A DNA stretch of 64,000 nt, taken from Sedimentisphaerales bacterium (GTDB taxonomy: Bacteria; Planctomycetota; Phycisphaerae; Sedimentisphaerales; SM23-30). The notes below the pieces were generated by a model, which had not been told where the DNA came from, did not search any database, and worked only from the letters and a program-made list of their open reading frames with translations. The position numbers and the translations under genes are program-made. Shown piece by piece: positions 39,143-49,838 of the stretch (its first letter is position 1; each line of letters opens with the position of its first letter). Location: contig CAXXMR010000014.1 of assembly GCA_963663805.2 (NCBI GenBank), positions 32,001 through 96,000 of the forward strand, in the 5' to 3' direction.

Positions 39143-40474
39143 ATGACAAAAAAATCATGTTGTTGCGGTAACAGCTTCCATCCTGTAAGCGCGATGGATT
39201 TTCTTCCGATACCCCAGTTGCGGCAGGTTCAGTTGGCCCGTTTGCAGCGGATTGTCGGGCGGGCTTATGAACATGTTCGCCTGTTCCGGGAGCGAATGGA
39301 TGAGCGTAAACTCAAACCTTCAGACATTAAAGCCCTGGCGGATATTGCCAAGATGCCCTTTACGGTCAAGACGGATTTGAGGGACACTTATCCGTTCGGT
39401 CTCTTTGCCAGTCCCATGCAGGAAATCGTTCGTCTGCACGCTTCCAGCGGTACCACCGGCAAGCCCATCGTCGTGGCCTATACTCGCGCGGATGTGGATG
39501 TCTGGTCTTCCGTGATGATGCGTACCTTCGTTGCCTGCGGACTGCATAAAGGCGATATTATTCAGAACTCCTATGGTTACGGTTTGTTCACCGGTGGGCT
39601 GGGCGCCCATTATGGTGCCGAAACCCTGGGGGCGACGGTTATTCCCACCTCCGGCGGCAACACCGAAAGACAAATCATGGTACTCAAGGATTTTGGTGTG
39701 ACCGCTATTTGCTGCACACCCAGTTATTTTATCCACCTTATCGAACGGGCTGGTGAAATGGGCATCAATATGAAAGACCTGCCCCTGCGCGCGGGGATTT
39801 TCGGCGCCGAACCCTGGACCGAAACCATGCGTAAATGGGTTGAGCAGCAGACTAACATTAGGGGTTACGATATTTACGGCCTGTCCGAAATCATCGGCCC
39901 CGGCGTTGCCAGTGAATGTTCCGCTCAGTCCGGCCTGCATGTTTTCGAGGACCATTTCTATCCCGAAATTATCGACCCCGAAACCGGCGAACCTCTGCCC
40001 GACGGCAGCGAAGGTGAACTTGTCCTGACCACGCTCAGCAAAGACGCTATGCCCATGATTCGCTATCGCACCCGTGACATCACCCAGCTGGTCACTGAGA
40101 CTTGCTCTTGCGGCAGGACTATTCGCAAAATCAAACGCATTGGCCGACGCAGCGACGACATGTTCATCATCCGCGGCGTGAATGTATTCCCGTCGCAAAT
40201 CGAAGAAGCCCTGCTCGTGGTCGAAGGCACGCTGCCGCATTACCAGATTATCCTGACCCGCACCAGCGGTCTGGACCAGATGGAGATACAGGTCGAAGTT
40301 ACCGCTGAATTTTTCAGCGATAAGGTGCGGGCCCTTGAGGAACTTCAGGCCAAGCTCAGCAAATCTATCGAACACACCCTGGGCATCAGAGCCCTGGTGC
40401 GACTGGTCGAGCCCCACACCATCAAACGCAGTGAAGGCAAGGCCAAGAGAGTGATTGATAACCGTCAAATGTAA
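39143..40474 (+). CDS. paaK: Phenylacetate-CoA ligase family protein
   Basis: HASSGTTGKP, YGLFTGGLG.HYG, YGLSE..GPG, RYRTRD, GRSDDM..RGVNVFPSQIE; start at ATG 39143. Confidence 0.9.
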   Translation: MTKKSCCCGNSFHPVSAMDFLPIPQLRQVQLARLQRIVGRAYEHVRLFRERMDERKLKPSDIKALADIAKMPFTVKTDLRDTYPFGLFASPMQEIVRLHASSGTTGKPIVVAYTRADVDVWSSVMMRTFVACGLHKGDIIQNSYGYGLFTGGLGAHYGAETLGATVIPTSGGNTERQIMVLKDFGVTAICCTPSYFIHLIERAGEMGINMKDLPLRAGIFGAEPWTETMRKWVEQQTNIRGYDIYGLSEIIGPGVASECSAQSGLHVFEDHFYPEIIDPETGEPLPDGSEGELVLTTLSKDAMPMIRYRTRDITQLVTETCSCGRTIRKIKRIGRRSDDMFIIRGVNVFPSQIEEALLVVEGTLPHYQIILTRTSGLDQMEIQVEVTAEFFSDKVRALEELQAKLSKSIEHTLGIRALVRLVEPHTIKRSEGKAKRVIDNRQM

Positions 40475-40514
40475 ACCGCCTCACGCGGCATAATAAGCAG
40501 AAAGGAATTTTGCG

Positions 40515-40958
40515 ATGAAACTTAACCAACTGTCAGTTTTCCTGGAAAACAAACGCGGCGGCCTGAGTGAACCTTGTCGAATACTTGCCGAGGCGGGAAT
40601 CAATATTCTTACCCTTTCGTTGGCTGATACCGAACAATTTGGTATTTTGCGACTGGTCGTCCGTGACTGGGAAAACGCCAAAGCCTCGCTCGAAAAAGCT
40701 GGTTGTGTTGTTAATCTCACCGAGGTTATCGCTATTGAAGTTGACGACCAGCCCGGCGGTTTGGCCAGACTGCTCGAAAAAATCGAGAAGGTTGGTATTA
40801 ACGTTGAATATATGTATGCTTTTACTTTCCGGCGCGACGAAAAAGCGGTTATGGTCTTCCGCTTTGAAGACCCCGACGGAGCAGCCCGCGTTCTCCAGGC
40901 TGAAGATGTGAACCTGGTCGATGCCGTGGAATTCTTCCAGCGTATCGAAAATAAGTAA
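40515..40958 (+). CDS. Tandem ACT domain protein
   Basis: QLSVFLENK.G.L, GINI..LSLADT, D.PGGL, NVEYMYAF. Confidence 0.9.
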   Translation: MKLNQLSVFLENKRGGLSEPCRILAEAGINILTLSLADTEQFGILRLVVRDWENAKASLEKAGCVVNLTEVIAIEVDDQPGGLARLLEKIEKVGINVEYMYAFTFRRDEKAVMVFRFEDPDGAARVLQAEDVNLVDAVEFFQRIENK

Positions 40959-41034
40959 CTGATAACAGTATTAAAAATTCCTGACCGCTTAACAGGATTA
41001 AGCGTATCGGGAGCAGTGTCTTTATGGTGAGATA

Positions 41035-42363
41035 ATGAGTGAATTCGCTTTTGAAAATCGTATTTGGGACAAAGCCGAAACCTTGCCGCGAGCGGAACTG
41101 GAAAAACTTCAAGCCGAGCGGCTGCGTCAATGTGTCGGGCATGTCGGGCATGTTCCTTTCTACCAGGAAGCTTTTGGCAAGACGGGAATCACTCCTGATA
41201 CCATAAAGACCGTTGATGATGTGCGTCGCCTGCCCTTCACTACCAAAGAAGATTTGCGTCTTCATTATCCGCTGGGTTTTCTGGCGGTCGAACGTAAAGA
41301 TGTTGTTCGTATTCACGGTTCTTCGGGCACTACCGGCAAGCCCACTTTTGTCGCGTATACCGACCAGGACCGTGACCTTTGGGCTAATCTCTGTGCCCGT
41401 TTTCTCACTGCCGGCGGGCTTCGTCCCGAACATCTGGTTCATATCGCGTTTGGCTATGGATTGTTCACCGGCGGTTTCGGTTTGCATTACGGTGTCGAAA
41501 AAGTCGGGGCCGCTATTTTGCCAGCAGCTTCCGGCAACACCGCCCGCCAGATAATGCTCTTGCAGGATTTAGCCGCGGACGTACTGGTTTGCACCCCAAG
41601 CTACGCTCTGCAAATTGCCGAGGTTGCTCATGCTCAGGGTGTGGACCCGCGCAGCCTGCATCTGAAGTTTGCCCATTTCGGTGGCGAGCCCTGGACCGAA
41701 GACATGCGCATTCAAATCGAAAATGAACTCAACGTCATGGCCTTTAATAATTATGGCCTTAGTGAAGTAATCGGTCCCGGTGTCAGCGGTGAGTGTGTTG
41801 TTCGCGATGGTATGCACATTCAGGAAGACCATTTCATTGTTGAGTGTATCAACCCCGAAACTCTTGAGCCGGTCGCCCCCGGTGAACAAGGCGAACTGGT
41901 TTTCACTGCCGTTACCAAGCAGGCCATGCCGATTATTCGTTATCGCACCCGCGACATCGCTACTCTCAATTATGAAACCTGTAAATGCGGCAGAACCACC
42001 GTGCGTATGAGTCGGGTTGTGGGTCGCACCGACGATATGCTGATTATTCGCGGGGTAAATGTTTTTCCGTCACAGGTCGAGGAGGCTCTGTTGCGTGTGG
42101 AAGGCACCGCCCCGCATTATCTTATCGAAGTTGACCGGCCCGGCACGCTGGACGAAGTTACTGTTCATGTCGAAATGCGTCCCCAGGATTTCTCCGACCG
42201 CATGAGCCAGGTCCAGGCCCTGAGAGAAAAAATCGACCGGGCTATACATTCCGTCACCGGCATTCGCATGAGAGTCAATCTGGTCGAACCGCAAAGTCTG
42301 GAACGCTCGGCAGGCAAGGCCAAAAGGGTAATTGACCATCGCCGCGAAAAAGGGCAGATTTAA
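41035..42363 (+). CDS. paaK: Second phenylacetate-CoA ligase family protein
   Basis: HGSSGTTGKP, YGLFTGGFG.HYG, RYRTRD, GRTDDM. Confidence 0.88.
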   Translation: MSEFAFENRIWDKAETLPRAELEKLQAERLRQCVGHVGHVPFYQEAFGKTGITPDTIKTVDDVRRLPFTTKEDLRLHYPLGFLAVERKDVVRIHGSSGTTGKPTFVAYTDQDRDLWANLCARFLTAGGLRPEHLVHIAFGYGLFTGGFGLHYGVEKVGAAILPAASGNTARQIMLLQDLAADVLVCTPSYALQIAEVAHAQGVDPRSLHLKFAHFGGEPWTEDMRIQIENELNVMAFNNYGLSEVIGPGVSGECVVRDGMHIQEDHFIVECINPETLEPVAPGEQGELVFTAVTKQAMPIIRYRTRDIATLNYETCKCGRTTVRMSRVVGRTDDMLIIRGVNVFPSQVEEALLRVEGTAPHYLIEVDRPGTLDEVTVHVEMRPQDFSDRMSQVQALREKIDRAIHSVTGIRMRVNLVEPQSLERSAGKAKRVIDHRREKGQI

Positions 42364-42365
42364 TC

Positions 42366-42776
42366 TTATTTTACATCTTCCAACGCGATATTTTTGCGAT
42401 AGGCCAGCCCCTGAAACGTGGCGACCAAATCACCATCTTCGTCGATAACCTCCGCGCTGTAATTTCCCAGTTTCGGATTACGCGACACTTCCCGCACCAC
42501 CGCCTTTAGTCTGCCCGGCCGGGCGGCTTTGACAAACGAGATACTTACATTTATCGCTACAGCTACCGTGCCATGCGAATTACACGCCACCGCAAAACCA
42601 AAATCCGCCAGTGTAAATATCGCTCCGCCGTGCCCGCTGCCCACACCGTTGAGATGTTCCTCTTTCAGGTCCATACTCACCGTTGCCTGCCCCGGCGACA
42701 CCTGGTCAATCGTAATGCCTAATAATTCAGCAAACCGGTCCCGTTTGAAAAACTCGCGTATCTTATCCATATTCAT
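42366..42776 (-). CDS. PaaI-like hotdog-fold thioesterase
   Basis: HLN..G..HGGAIFTLAD..FA.ACNS. Confidence 0.9.
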   Translation of the reverse strand: MNMDKIREFFKRDRFAELLGITIDQVSPGQATVSMDLKEEHLNGVGSGHGGAIFTLADFGFAVACNSHGTVAVAINVSISFVKAARPGRLKAVVREVSRNPKLGNYSAEVIDEDGDLVATFQGLAYRKNIALEDVK

Positions 42777-42834
42777 CTCCCAAATATTACCATACTATCA
42801 TAGCATGAATGCCGGGGGCCGCCAACATTCATAT

Positions 42835-42891
42835 AAAAAAAACTCCGGAAGACCTCGCCGCCTCTCGGCCCGACGCTGCCTCCCGGAGTTT
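42835..42891 (-). terminator. Putative terminator after the large secreted protein gene
   Basis: AAACTCCGG...CCGGAGTTT stem preceded by an A-run on +. Confidence 0.55.
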
Positions 42892-42917
42892 GTCATAATC
42901 AAACAGCTAACGATAAA

Positions 42918-45900
42918 TTACTGCTTGATGAATTTACACAACACGTCCTTGTTAGCGGTCATCATTACATTTATTGATGTCGCATTGCCAACATTGACGC
43001 CATCCACCAGCCAGTAGTCAACTTTGTAACCAGGCCCCGGAGTCGCGTTTATCGTAACCAGAGTACCGTCCTGGTAGCTATGGTAACCAACTATATCGAG
43101 ACTGCCATGGTCGGTAGTATGGACATGGCTGTAAAGCGTCCACATAATCGGTGCGAATGTCGCGGTGACCGTGCGGGCGCTGGTCATGGTCGTCGTATTA
43201 TTCAGCGTCATCAGCCCATCGTCATCCGTGCCGCTCCAGCCAGCGAAATACCAGTGAGCATCGGGCGTTGCCAGCAAAGCAATCACATCATTCTCGTCCT
43301 GGTCGCCGCTGGGCGGAGTCAAAGTCCCGCTGCCAACCACCTGGGTAGTTAGCAGATACTGCGTCGGGATAATCTCAAAGTCAACCCATACTTCCTTGTC
43401 GCTATTCATGGTCACGGCGTTGGTATTTTGCCTGGCGTTCGGAATAACTGCCGCGTCGCCACCCCACTGCATCACCCGCCATTCCGCATTCGGATAAGCC
43501 GTCAAATCAACACTCGTACCTTCTGGATACCGAGTAACTCCACACGGGTCAACATAGCCTTCGCCGCTGTTGACATAGAACTCCAGCTCATGGCACTGCA
43601 CGAAATCAACTGTGATGTCCAGATCTTGGGTCATTAATATATCAACAACGCTCACGTTGTCACCGCAATCGCCCCATGCTGGCGTCAAACCTAAACCATC
43701 CAAACCTGTCCAGTCGCCCGAGGCCCAGTCATCAGCAGGGTCTGCCGTTATGGTGAGCAGGTAGTTCGGTACATAATATAAGGTGCCGCCTGATGTGTCA
43801 GGGGTGACATCGCCATCTCCAGTAGAGGAGATATTCAGACTATAGCATTCTTCCAGCGTAAGAGCACAGGAAACATCAGAGTTCATTATGACCGATAATT
43901 CCAATGTCTCGCCACAACTATCCGGGTATGTAACCTGGGTTATGTCGCCTCCGCTGCAAGAACCATAGTTTAGCGGGAAGTACCAGTTGTCTTGTGGTAT
44001 AGCGTAAACCATCACCGTGGTGCCTGGTTCAAAATAGGTAACATCGCCGACGGTTGTACCTGTCGGATCATATTGGATGGTACCATTACCCGAACCATAG
44101 ATAACGTCCAGCGTGAAGCATTGTTCAAAAGTAACCTCAACGGATTTGGGACCATCCATCGTAACCGAAGCCTGAACCGCTGCCCCGCAACTGCCCGGGT
44201 CCGGTGCCGGAGCGTCAACACCAGTCCAGCTCGCAACCCGCCAGCCGACCGCCGGGGTCGCTGTCAGCGTAACAACCGCATCAACGTCCTGAGTCGTGCT
44301 GCCCGCCGGGTCAATCGTCCCGCCCGCCGGGTTGCCGCCTACCGTGCAGGTAAGCTCATAACCCGGTATCTCCTCGAACTCTACCCACACCGTCTTAGCG
44401 GTATCGGTAGATTCAAAAGTTACCGTGTTGTTCCAGATGCCAGCTACCTCAGTGCCCATCAAGCTGTCAGCGGCACCACCCCACTGTTTAACTTGCCAGC
44501 CGGCGTCGGGGTTAGCGCTGACATCAATAATCTTCTGGCCCCCTTCATTTTCATAATAACTCAGGCCCGCCGGGTCGATTGAGCCATTGCCCGCCTGAAC
44601 ATAAGCGTTCAGAGTAAACGCCGGCACAAATTCCACACTCGCGTACTTGTTGTCGTCCATCGTTACTGTTGTCGCTGAACCGGAATCGCCAAAAATCGGA
44701 GCCGGATTGCTGTCAACATCATCGCCCCAGGTCTTGTACATCCAGTCTTCAGCCGCTATTGCCGTTAAACTAACCACTGCATCTGGGTCGTGATAGGTTA
44801 TCCCCGCCGGGCTGATCAAACCCTGGCCCGCGGTAACTTCCGTTATCAGCGACCAGCTGTCGCCCGGGTCAGTCACATCGGCACCCCAGGCCATACGAAG
44901 CTCGGCAAAGTCATTCAGGCCTACCCAATGGTCACCGTGCGAATCCCCCGCCACGTCGTTAAACTCGCCATACTGATTAGGCGAAATGTCCGCCCGCGAG
45001 AAACAGCGGTCTTCGCCAACCCAATCCGCAGCCAATGCCACCAAATCGTCAATGTCAACCAAACCGTCAATATTCACATCACCAGCCAGACTGACCGTCA
45101 AGGCATAATCGCCTTCATTACCTTCGTACCCCGAAACCCGGACATGATAAGTCTGTCCTGGATATAGAATGCCGCCTATACGGGAAATATTCTCAACCGC
45201 TGGAACACAACTTGCCCAGCCGTCAAAATTCTTATAATAATCATCGTTACAGTAAATCGCTGCTCCGCCACACCCCTCATGCACCGAAACAATCGTATCA
45301 AAATCACTGCCCAGGCAATCAAAGAAATACAACCCTGCCACTTGCGGAGTAAATTCATACCAGACATCACCCCAATGTATCTCATCCGGAAAAAAATCAA
45401 GATCGAAGCAATCGCTCTCAACCTGAGTTTCCACCGCTCCTATAGTAGAGCCTGTCGCCGCAACACCATAGACCAACGCTATCGCGTCCTCACACCGGTC
45501 ATTGGCCAGAGGTGTATCAACGACCAAGTCAAATGTCCCCACAGTACTGTCATTGCCGCCCACCCGAATCAGATAGGGCACGCCGTTCTCTAATTCTAAT
45601 ATCCCGCTTTCCGGTACTGCCGGACCATTGAAATCAAAACAGGCCAGCAAATCCCCGTCAGCACAATCGCTGTAAACCGCCAGTCCCGCGTCAAAACCAC
45701 CGCTCAAATTATAAAGATGAAACGCGTAATTACCGGTTGCCCCCGGCGTAAAAGAATACCACAAATCACTAATCGCCCCTGCCAGGCAACTCGTAAAAGC
45801 CCCTTCGTCACTAGCTGCACTGGTATCGCCGGATGTGGCTGCTCCCAAAGCCAATATTTCAGGTGCCCCACATCCATCATTAGCCGGACCACCCGCCGGA

Positions 45901-46754
45901 GCGACAACCTTAATATCAAAATCACCTACCTGACCGGCATAACCACCCACACGGATATAATAGATTATACCGTTGACAGCGGCAAAGGTTACGCTTTCAC
46001 CATCACCAAAACTGCCGGTATCAGCACAGTCAATATAGCCAGCTACGTCGCATTCCGAATATACCGCCAGAGTAGGGTCATAGGTTGAAACCGGATTGCT
46101 TAAGCTAACTGTATGGTCGCCATCAATTCCCGCTGTAAATTGGTACCATACATCATGCAAAGCCGCATTTGAACAGGTCGGAGCAGCAATCGTGCCTTCG
46201 GTTTCCGCCCCAATAGAAGATTCCGAATATACCGTATCAACATTTATCCCCGCCGCTGTCCCGCAAGTATCATTGTCAGGCGGCAGAGTAACCATAACTG
46301 TAAATGTCCCTGTAGCGCCGTTATAGCCCGCCACCCGGATTAAATAAGTGGTCTCTGCTGTCATGCTAGCTATAGCAAGTGACTCCCGGTCTAAGGAATC
46401 AGTAGTGTAATCATCATTACAGGCAATACTCGCCTGGTCACAAGCCGTATGGACCGATACTGCCGAATCAAAATTTGTACCATAAACATAGACCACATAA
46501 TCCCCACCCTGCCCCGCACCCGGCGTAAACGAATACCAAACGTCATTGGCAGTCCCTGTGAAACACGAGCTGCTGACCCCCGCATCTTCAGTAGCGTCCA
46601 CACTCGTCCCGCTTTCTGGCACATCCAGTGTCAAAATTACAGCACTGGCGCAAACATCATTCCCCGGAGCCGCACCATTAGCCCAAATCGGCATCCCCAG
46701 AACGGCCAGAATGAAAACCAACCCCATTAAACAATACGATTTCTTCGCGGACAT
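42918..46754 (-). CDS. Large secreted multidomain protein (4 'P.ND.C' modules, dockerin-like segment, InlB B-repeat-like modules)
   Basis: Signal peptide; PGNDVC, PDNDTC, PANDGC, LANDRC each followed by DVWY.FT and IRV.GY; GDVNIDGLVDIDDLVALAADW; repeated LTA.P..GW....W.G. Confidence 0.9.
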   Translation of the reverse strand: MSAKKSYCLMGLVFILAVLGMPIWANGAAPGNDVCASAVILTLDVPESGTSVDATEDAGVSSSCFTGTANDVWYSFTPGAGQGGDYVVYVYGTNFDSAVSVHTACDQASIACNDDYTTDSLDRESLAIASMTAETTYLIRVAGYNGATGTFTVMVTLPPDNDTCGTAAGINVDTVYSESSIGAETEGTIAAPTCSNAALHDVWYQFTAGIDGDHTVSLSNPVSTYDPTLAVYSECDVAGYIDCADTGSFGDGESVTFAAVNGIIYYIRVGGYAGQVGDFDIKVVAPAGGPANDGCGAPEILALGAATSGDTSAASDEGAFTSCLAGAISDLWYSFTPGATGNYAFHLYNLSGGFDAGLAVYSDCADGDLLACFDFNGPAVPESGILELENGVPYLIRVGGNDSTVGTFDLVVDTPLANDRCEDAIALVYGVAATGSTIGAVETQVESDCFDLDFFPDEIHWGDVWYEFTPQVAGLYFFDCLGSDFDTIVSVHEGCGGAAIYCNDDYYKNFDGWASCVPAVENISRIGGILYPGQTYHVRVSGYEGNEGDYALTVSLAGDVNIDGLVDIDDLVALAADWVGEDRCFSRADISPNQYGEFNDVAGDSHGDHWVGLNDFAELRMAWGADVTDPGDSWSLITEVTAGQGLISPAGITYHDPDAVVSLTAIAAEDWMYKTWGDDVDSNPAPIFGDSGSATTVTMDDNKYASVEFVPAFTLNAYVQAGNGSIDPAGLSYYENEGGQKIIDVSANPDAGWQVKQWGGAADSLMGTEVAGIWNNTVTFESTDTAKTVWVEFEEIPGYELTCTVGGNPAGGTIDPAGSTTQDVDAVVTLTATPAVGWRVASWTGVDAPAPDPGSCGAAVQASVTMDGPKSVEVTFEQCFTLDVIYGSGNGTIQYDPTGTTVGDVTYFEPGTTVMVYAIPQDNWYFPLNYGSCSGGDITQVTYPDSCGETLELSVIMNSDVSCALTLEECYSLNISSTGDGDVTPDTSGGTLYYVPNYLLTITADPADDWASGDWTGLDGLGLTPAWGDCGDNVSVVDILMTQDLDITVDFVQCHELEFYVNSGEGYVDPCGVTRYPEGTSVDLTAYPNAEWRVMQWGGDAAVIPNARQNTNAVTMNSDKEVWVDFEIIPTQYLLTTQVVGSGTLTPPSGDQDENDVIALLATPDAHWYFAGWSGTDDDGLMTLNNTTTMTSARTVTATFAPIMWTLYSHVHTTDHGSLDIVGYHSYQDGTLVTINATPGPGYKVDYWLVDGVNVGNATSINVMMTANKDVLCKFIKQ

Positions 46755-47337
46755 AGCCTATCCCTTCCTGCGCTTATGCGCAAAATCCCCCTGTTTTTCT
46801 CAGACAAGCAGAATGAAATTTCTCTACCCATCCATAACTGCGAATATCAACCTCAGACAGAGTTCGAAGACCAAACAGTTTTCTCGCCAGACACGGGCTC
46901 GACACCTCTCTACCCGAAAGTTCCGATAACTACAGAACTATTATATCCCATCACCGCTTTTGGGCAAGTGAATTTGTTTTGGTAAGACCATTTTTGGGCA
47001 ATTTACCGCTACGCACAAACTGTTCTCACAAGTCATTATTGCCCATGATGTGCCTTATAGATTCGTGTGACCGGATTCCGCTAACTTAAATGTCATACTT
47101 CAAAGAGGTTATATAAAGGCCTATCTCATGGGCCGTCCATAACTCGCTGCCTATCAATAAGTCAGGGTGTTGCAAATTATTTTGTGATATTAATCACATT
47201 TTTATCTGGTACAAGCAGCTATAAAGGTGTAAACTTGCTTTTTATTATGATATACTCAATAAATGATTGGAAAATTAGTTGATATTCCTATCGGAAACTA
47301 CGGTGGGGCAGAAGGGAAAAACTAGAGGATACTCATC

Positions 47338-48228
47338 ATGACCAGAGCTAAGATAACTGATACCGTGAAAACCGGCCGCATACTTATTTCCGATGGGGCC
47401 TGGGGCACTTTCATGCAGAAAAAAGGCCTTCAGCCCGGCCAGTGTCCCGAACTTTGGTGCCTTGAACGCCCCGAAGACATCCTTGATATTGCCCGCAGCT
47501 ATATTGACGCCGGTTCCGATATGATTCAGTCCAACAGTTTCGGCGGAACATCTTTCAAGCTTGAGCATTTCGGCCTGGGCGACCGTGCTGATGAAATCAA
47601 CCTGGCTGCCGCCCGGATTTCCCGTAAAGCCGCCGGCGAAGATAAATGGGTCATCGCCTCAGTAGGCCCCACCGGAAAAATGCTCCTGACCGGCGAAGTT
47701 TCCGAACAGGAGCTTTATGACTCTTTCAAACAGCAGGCCCAGGCCCTCGAAAAAGGCCAGGCCGACGCGATTTGTATCGAAACTATGTCCGATACCGAAG
47801 AAGCCTGTATTGCCGTCAGAGCTGCTCGCGAAAATACCAATTGCCAGGTTATCTGCACCTTCAGTTTTGAGAGAACCGTCAAGGGTGACTATCGTACCAT
47901 GATGGGGGTATCGCCCGCCGACGCTGCCCGTGCCGTTATTAAGGCTGGCGCTCACGTCATCGGCACCAATTGCGGTAATGGCTTCAAAAGAATGGTCGAG
48001 ATTGTCCGCCAATTACGAGATGTCGACCCCGACATTCCTATTCTGGTCCATGCCAATGCCGGACTACCCGAAAACGTGGACGGCCACGATGTTTTCCCGG
48101 ACACCCCCGCAGATATGGCCCAACTCGTCCCCGATTTAGTCAAAGCCGGAGCCAATATCATCGGCGGATGCTGTGGTACAACCCCCGAACACATCGCCGC
48201 TCTAAAAAAAACCGTCGAGGCTTTATAA
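47338..48228 (+). CDS. Homocysteine S-methyltransferase family protein (standalone MetH N-terminal domain)
   Basis: DGAWGT, GTNCG, NAGLP, IGGCCGT.PEHI zinc ligands. Confidence 0.93.
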   Translation: MTRAKITDTVKTGRILISDGAWGTFMQKKGLQPGQCPELWCLERPEDILDIARSYIDAGSDMIQSNSFGGTSFKLEHFGLGDRADEINLAAARISRKAAGEDKWVIASVGPTGKMLLTGEVSEQELYDSFKQQAQALEKGQADAICIETMSDTEEACIAVRAARENTNCQVICTFSFERTVKGDYRTMMGVSPADAARAVIKAGAHVIGTNCGNGFKRMVEIVRQLRDVDPDIPILVHANAGLPENVDGHDVFPDTPADMAQLVPDLVKAGANIIGGCCGTTPEHIAALKKTVEAL

Positions 48229-48233
48229 AATAA

Positions 48234-49838
48234 TCAGGGGACCGAGGGTTCCCAGTCAACCTTTGCCGCCCCCAGCAAAGTACCCGTTGCGTAGGCTATA
48301 TCGACTAAAGCGATTTGATATTCCGCCAGTGCCGAAATCTCCGCACTCTGTGCGTTTGCTAACGCCGTCTGAGCGTTCAGCACATCCGTGGATGTCCCCA
48401 ATCCCAATTCAAACTGCCGCTTCTCCGCCTCATATTGCCGACCGGTCAAAATCGCGTTCTGCTGACTGGCCAATATCCTCTGCCAGTTCGCCTCCAGTTG
48501 GTCAGCCGCGTTCAGCACTTCCAGCTCAATCATATCTTTACGATTCTGAAAACTCACCAGTCGCTGCTGTCGCTGATAAAACGCCTGCAATTTCCGACTC
48601 CGGGCCGCGCCATTGCCCAGCGGCACCAACATCTGTAAGCCCACCCGATGGTCCTCAAAATCCTTATCCACCAGAACATCAAACGCATCGCCCCGACTCT
48701 TGCCCAGACCGTTAATGTTATACGTATAGTCCAGCGTCACCAGCGGCAGCATCTGATTCTCCAGATACGCCAGCGTCGAAGCATCCGAAGCGATTTGCAG
48801 TTCCATCTCCAATAGTTCCATCCGGTTCGCCAAAGCGTGTTCCAGCAGCGAGTCATAATCCAAATCATAATGAACCGGGTCAGCCTCACTTACCGGGACC
48901 AGCACCGTCGGCGTACGCATCGTCAGGCCCGGTTTGTTCAGCAGCTTCTTGAGTTCCCGCTCCCTGTCCCGCAATTCATTCTCCGACATAATAATCCCTT
49001 CCAGCCGCTCAGCCACGCCCGCTTCTGCCCGGATAACCTCTATCTGTGACCGTTCGCCCGCCTCCACAAACCGCCGGGCCTGCTCCAGCTGGGTTTGAGC
49101 CAGTTCATATTGCTGCTGACGAACTTCCAGCTCCCGCCGGGCCGCGTACAAACGCCAGTACCACCTGTCCGCCGACGCCACGGTGCGAATAATCTCCAGT
49201 TTCGTTTGAGCGTCCACCATCTGACTTTGATAACCCGCCAGCCGAATCGAATGGGTATTAACCCGATTACCCGCGTTACGCAGCAAAGGCTGACTCAGTG
49301 AAATCGAAAAATCCGAGCTATGCGAAGGGTTTAACGTCGAAAAAACATTGTCCGTTTTCGTCCGGCTCTGTGCCAAATCAAAGGTAACCGTTCCACCCGT
49401 TCGCAGCGGCAGATTTACCCCATAATCCGTCCGCTGATAATCAACCCGCGAACCATCCAACGCTGTCGAAGTCGGCGTATCCGTCCGCGCAAAACTGCCC
49501 GACGCGGAAAACGCCGACTCAAATTTTGCCTCCTGCTCCGAAATCCGCTTCGCTGAAATACTCGGCTCAATCAGCTGGGCCTTAATATCCAGATTATTCT
49601 CCAGCGTCATCGCCCGGCACTCTTCCAGACTGAGGGAAATTTCCTTTTCAACCGTCGTCGGCTCAGCCGCGTCCGCCGCCGCCTTGCTCAGCTCCTCCAG
49701 TCTCAGCACATCAATCTGCCGCGTCCGCCGTCGCACCCCTTCATAATCGTGAAACTTATTCTTGTTGGTCACCTCCGTACAGCCCAACGCCCCAAAGTAA
49801 ACCGATGCGAGTAAAATTAAAACCAAAAATTTATTCAT
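48234..49838 (-). CDS. TolC family outer-membrane efflux lipoprotein
   Basis: Lipobox ALGC; two OEP-like repeats; ends an ABC efflux operon. Confidence 0.9.
   Translation of the reverse strand: MNKFLVLILLASVYFGALGCTEVTNKNKFHDYEGVRRRTRQIDVLRLEELSKAAADAAEPTTVEKEISLSLEECRAMTLENNLDIKAQLIEPSISAKRISEQEAKFESAFSASGSFARTDTPTSTALDGSRVDYQRTDYGVNLPLRTGGTVTFDLAQSRTKTDNVFSTLNPSHSSDFSISLSQPLLRNAGNRVNTHSIRLAGYQSQMVDAQTKLEIIRTVASADRWYWRLYAARRELEVRQQQYELAQTQLEQARRFVEAGERSQIEVIRAEAGVAERLEGIIMSENELRDRERELKKLLNKPGLTMRTPTVLVPVSEADPVHYDLDYDSLLEHALANRMELLEMELQIASDASTLAYLENQMLPLVTLDYTYNINGLGKSRGDAFDVLVDKDFEDHRVGLQMLVPLGNGAARSRKLQAFYQRQQRLVSFQNRKDMIELEVLNAADQLEANWQRILASQQNAILTGRQYEAEKRQFELGLGTSTDVLNAQTALANAQSAEISALAEYQIALVDIAYATGTLLGAAKVDWEPSVP

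Noticed and set aside
1974..40468. Long antisense ORFs (e.g. 1974..3164, 26752..27984, 39320..40468)
   Set aside because: Shadows of well-supported genes on the opposite strand, with no recognisable motifs
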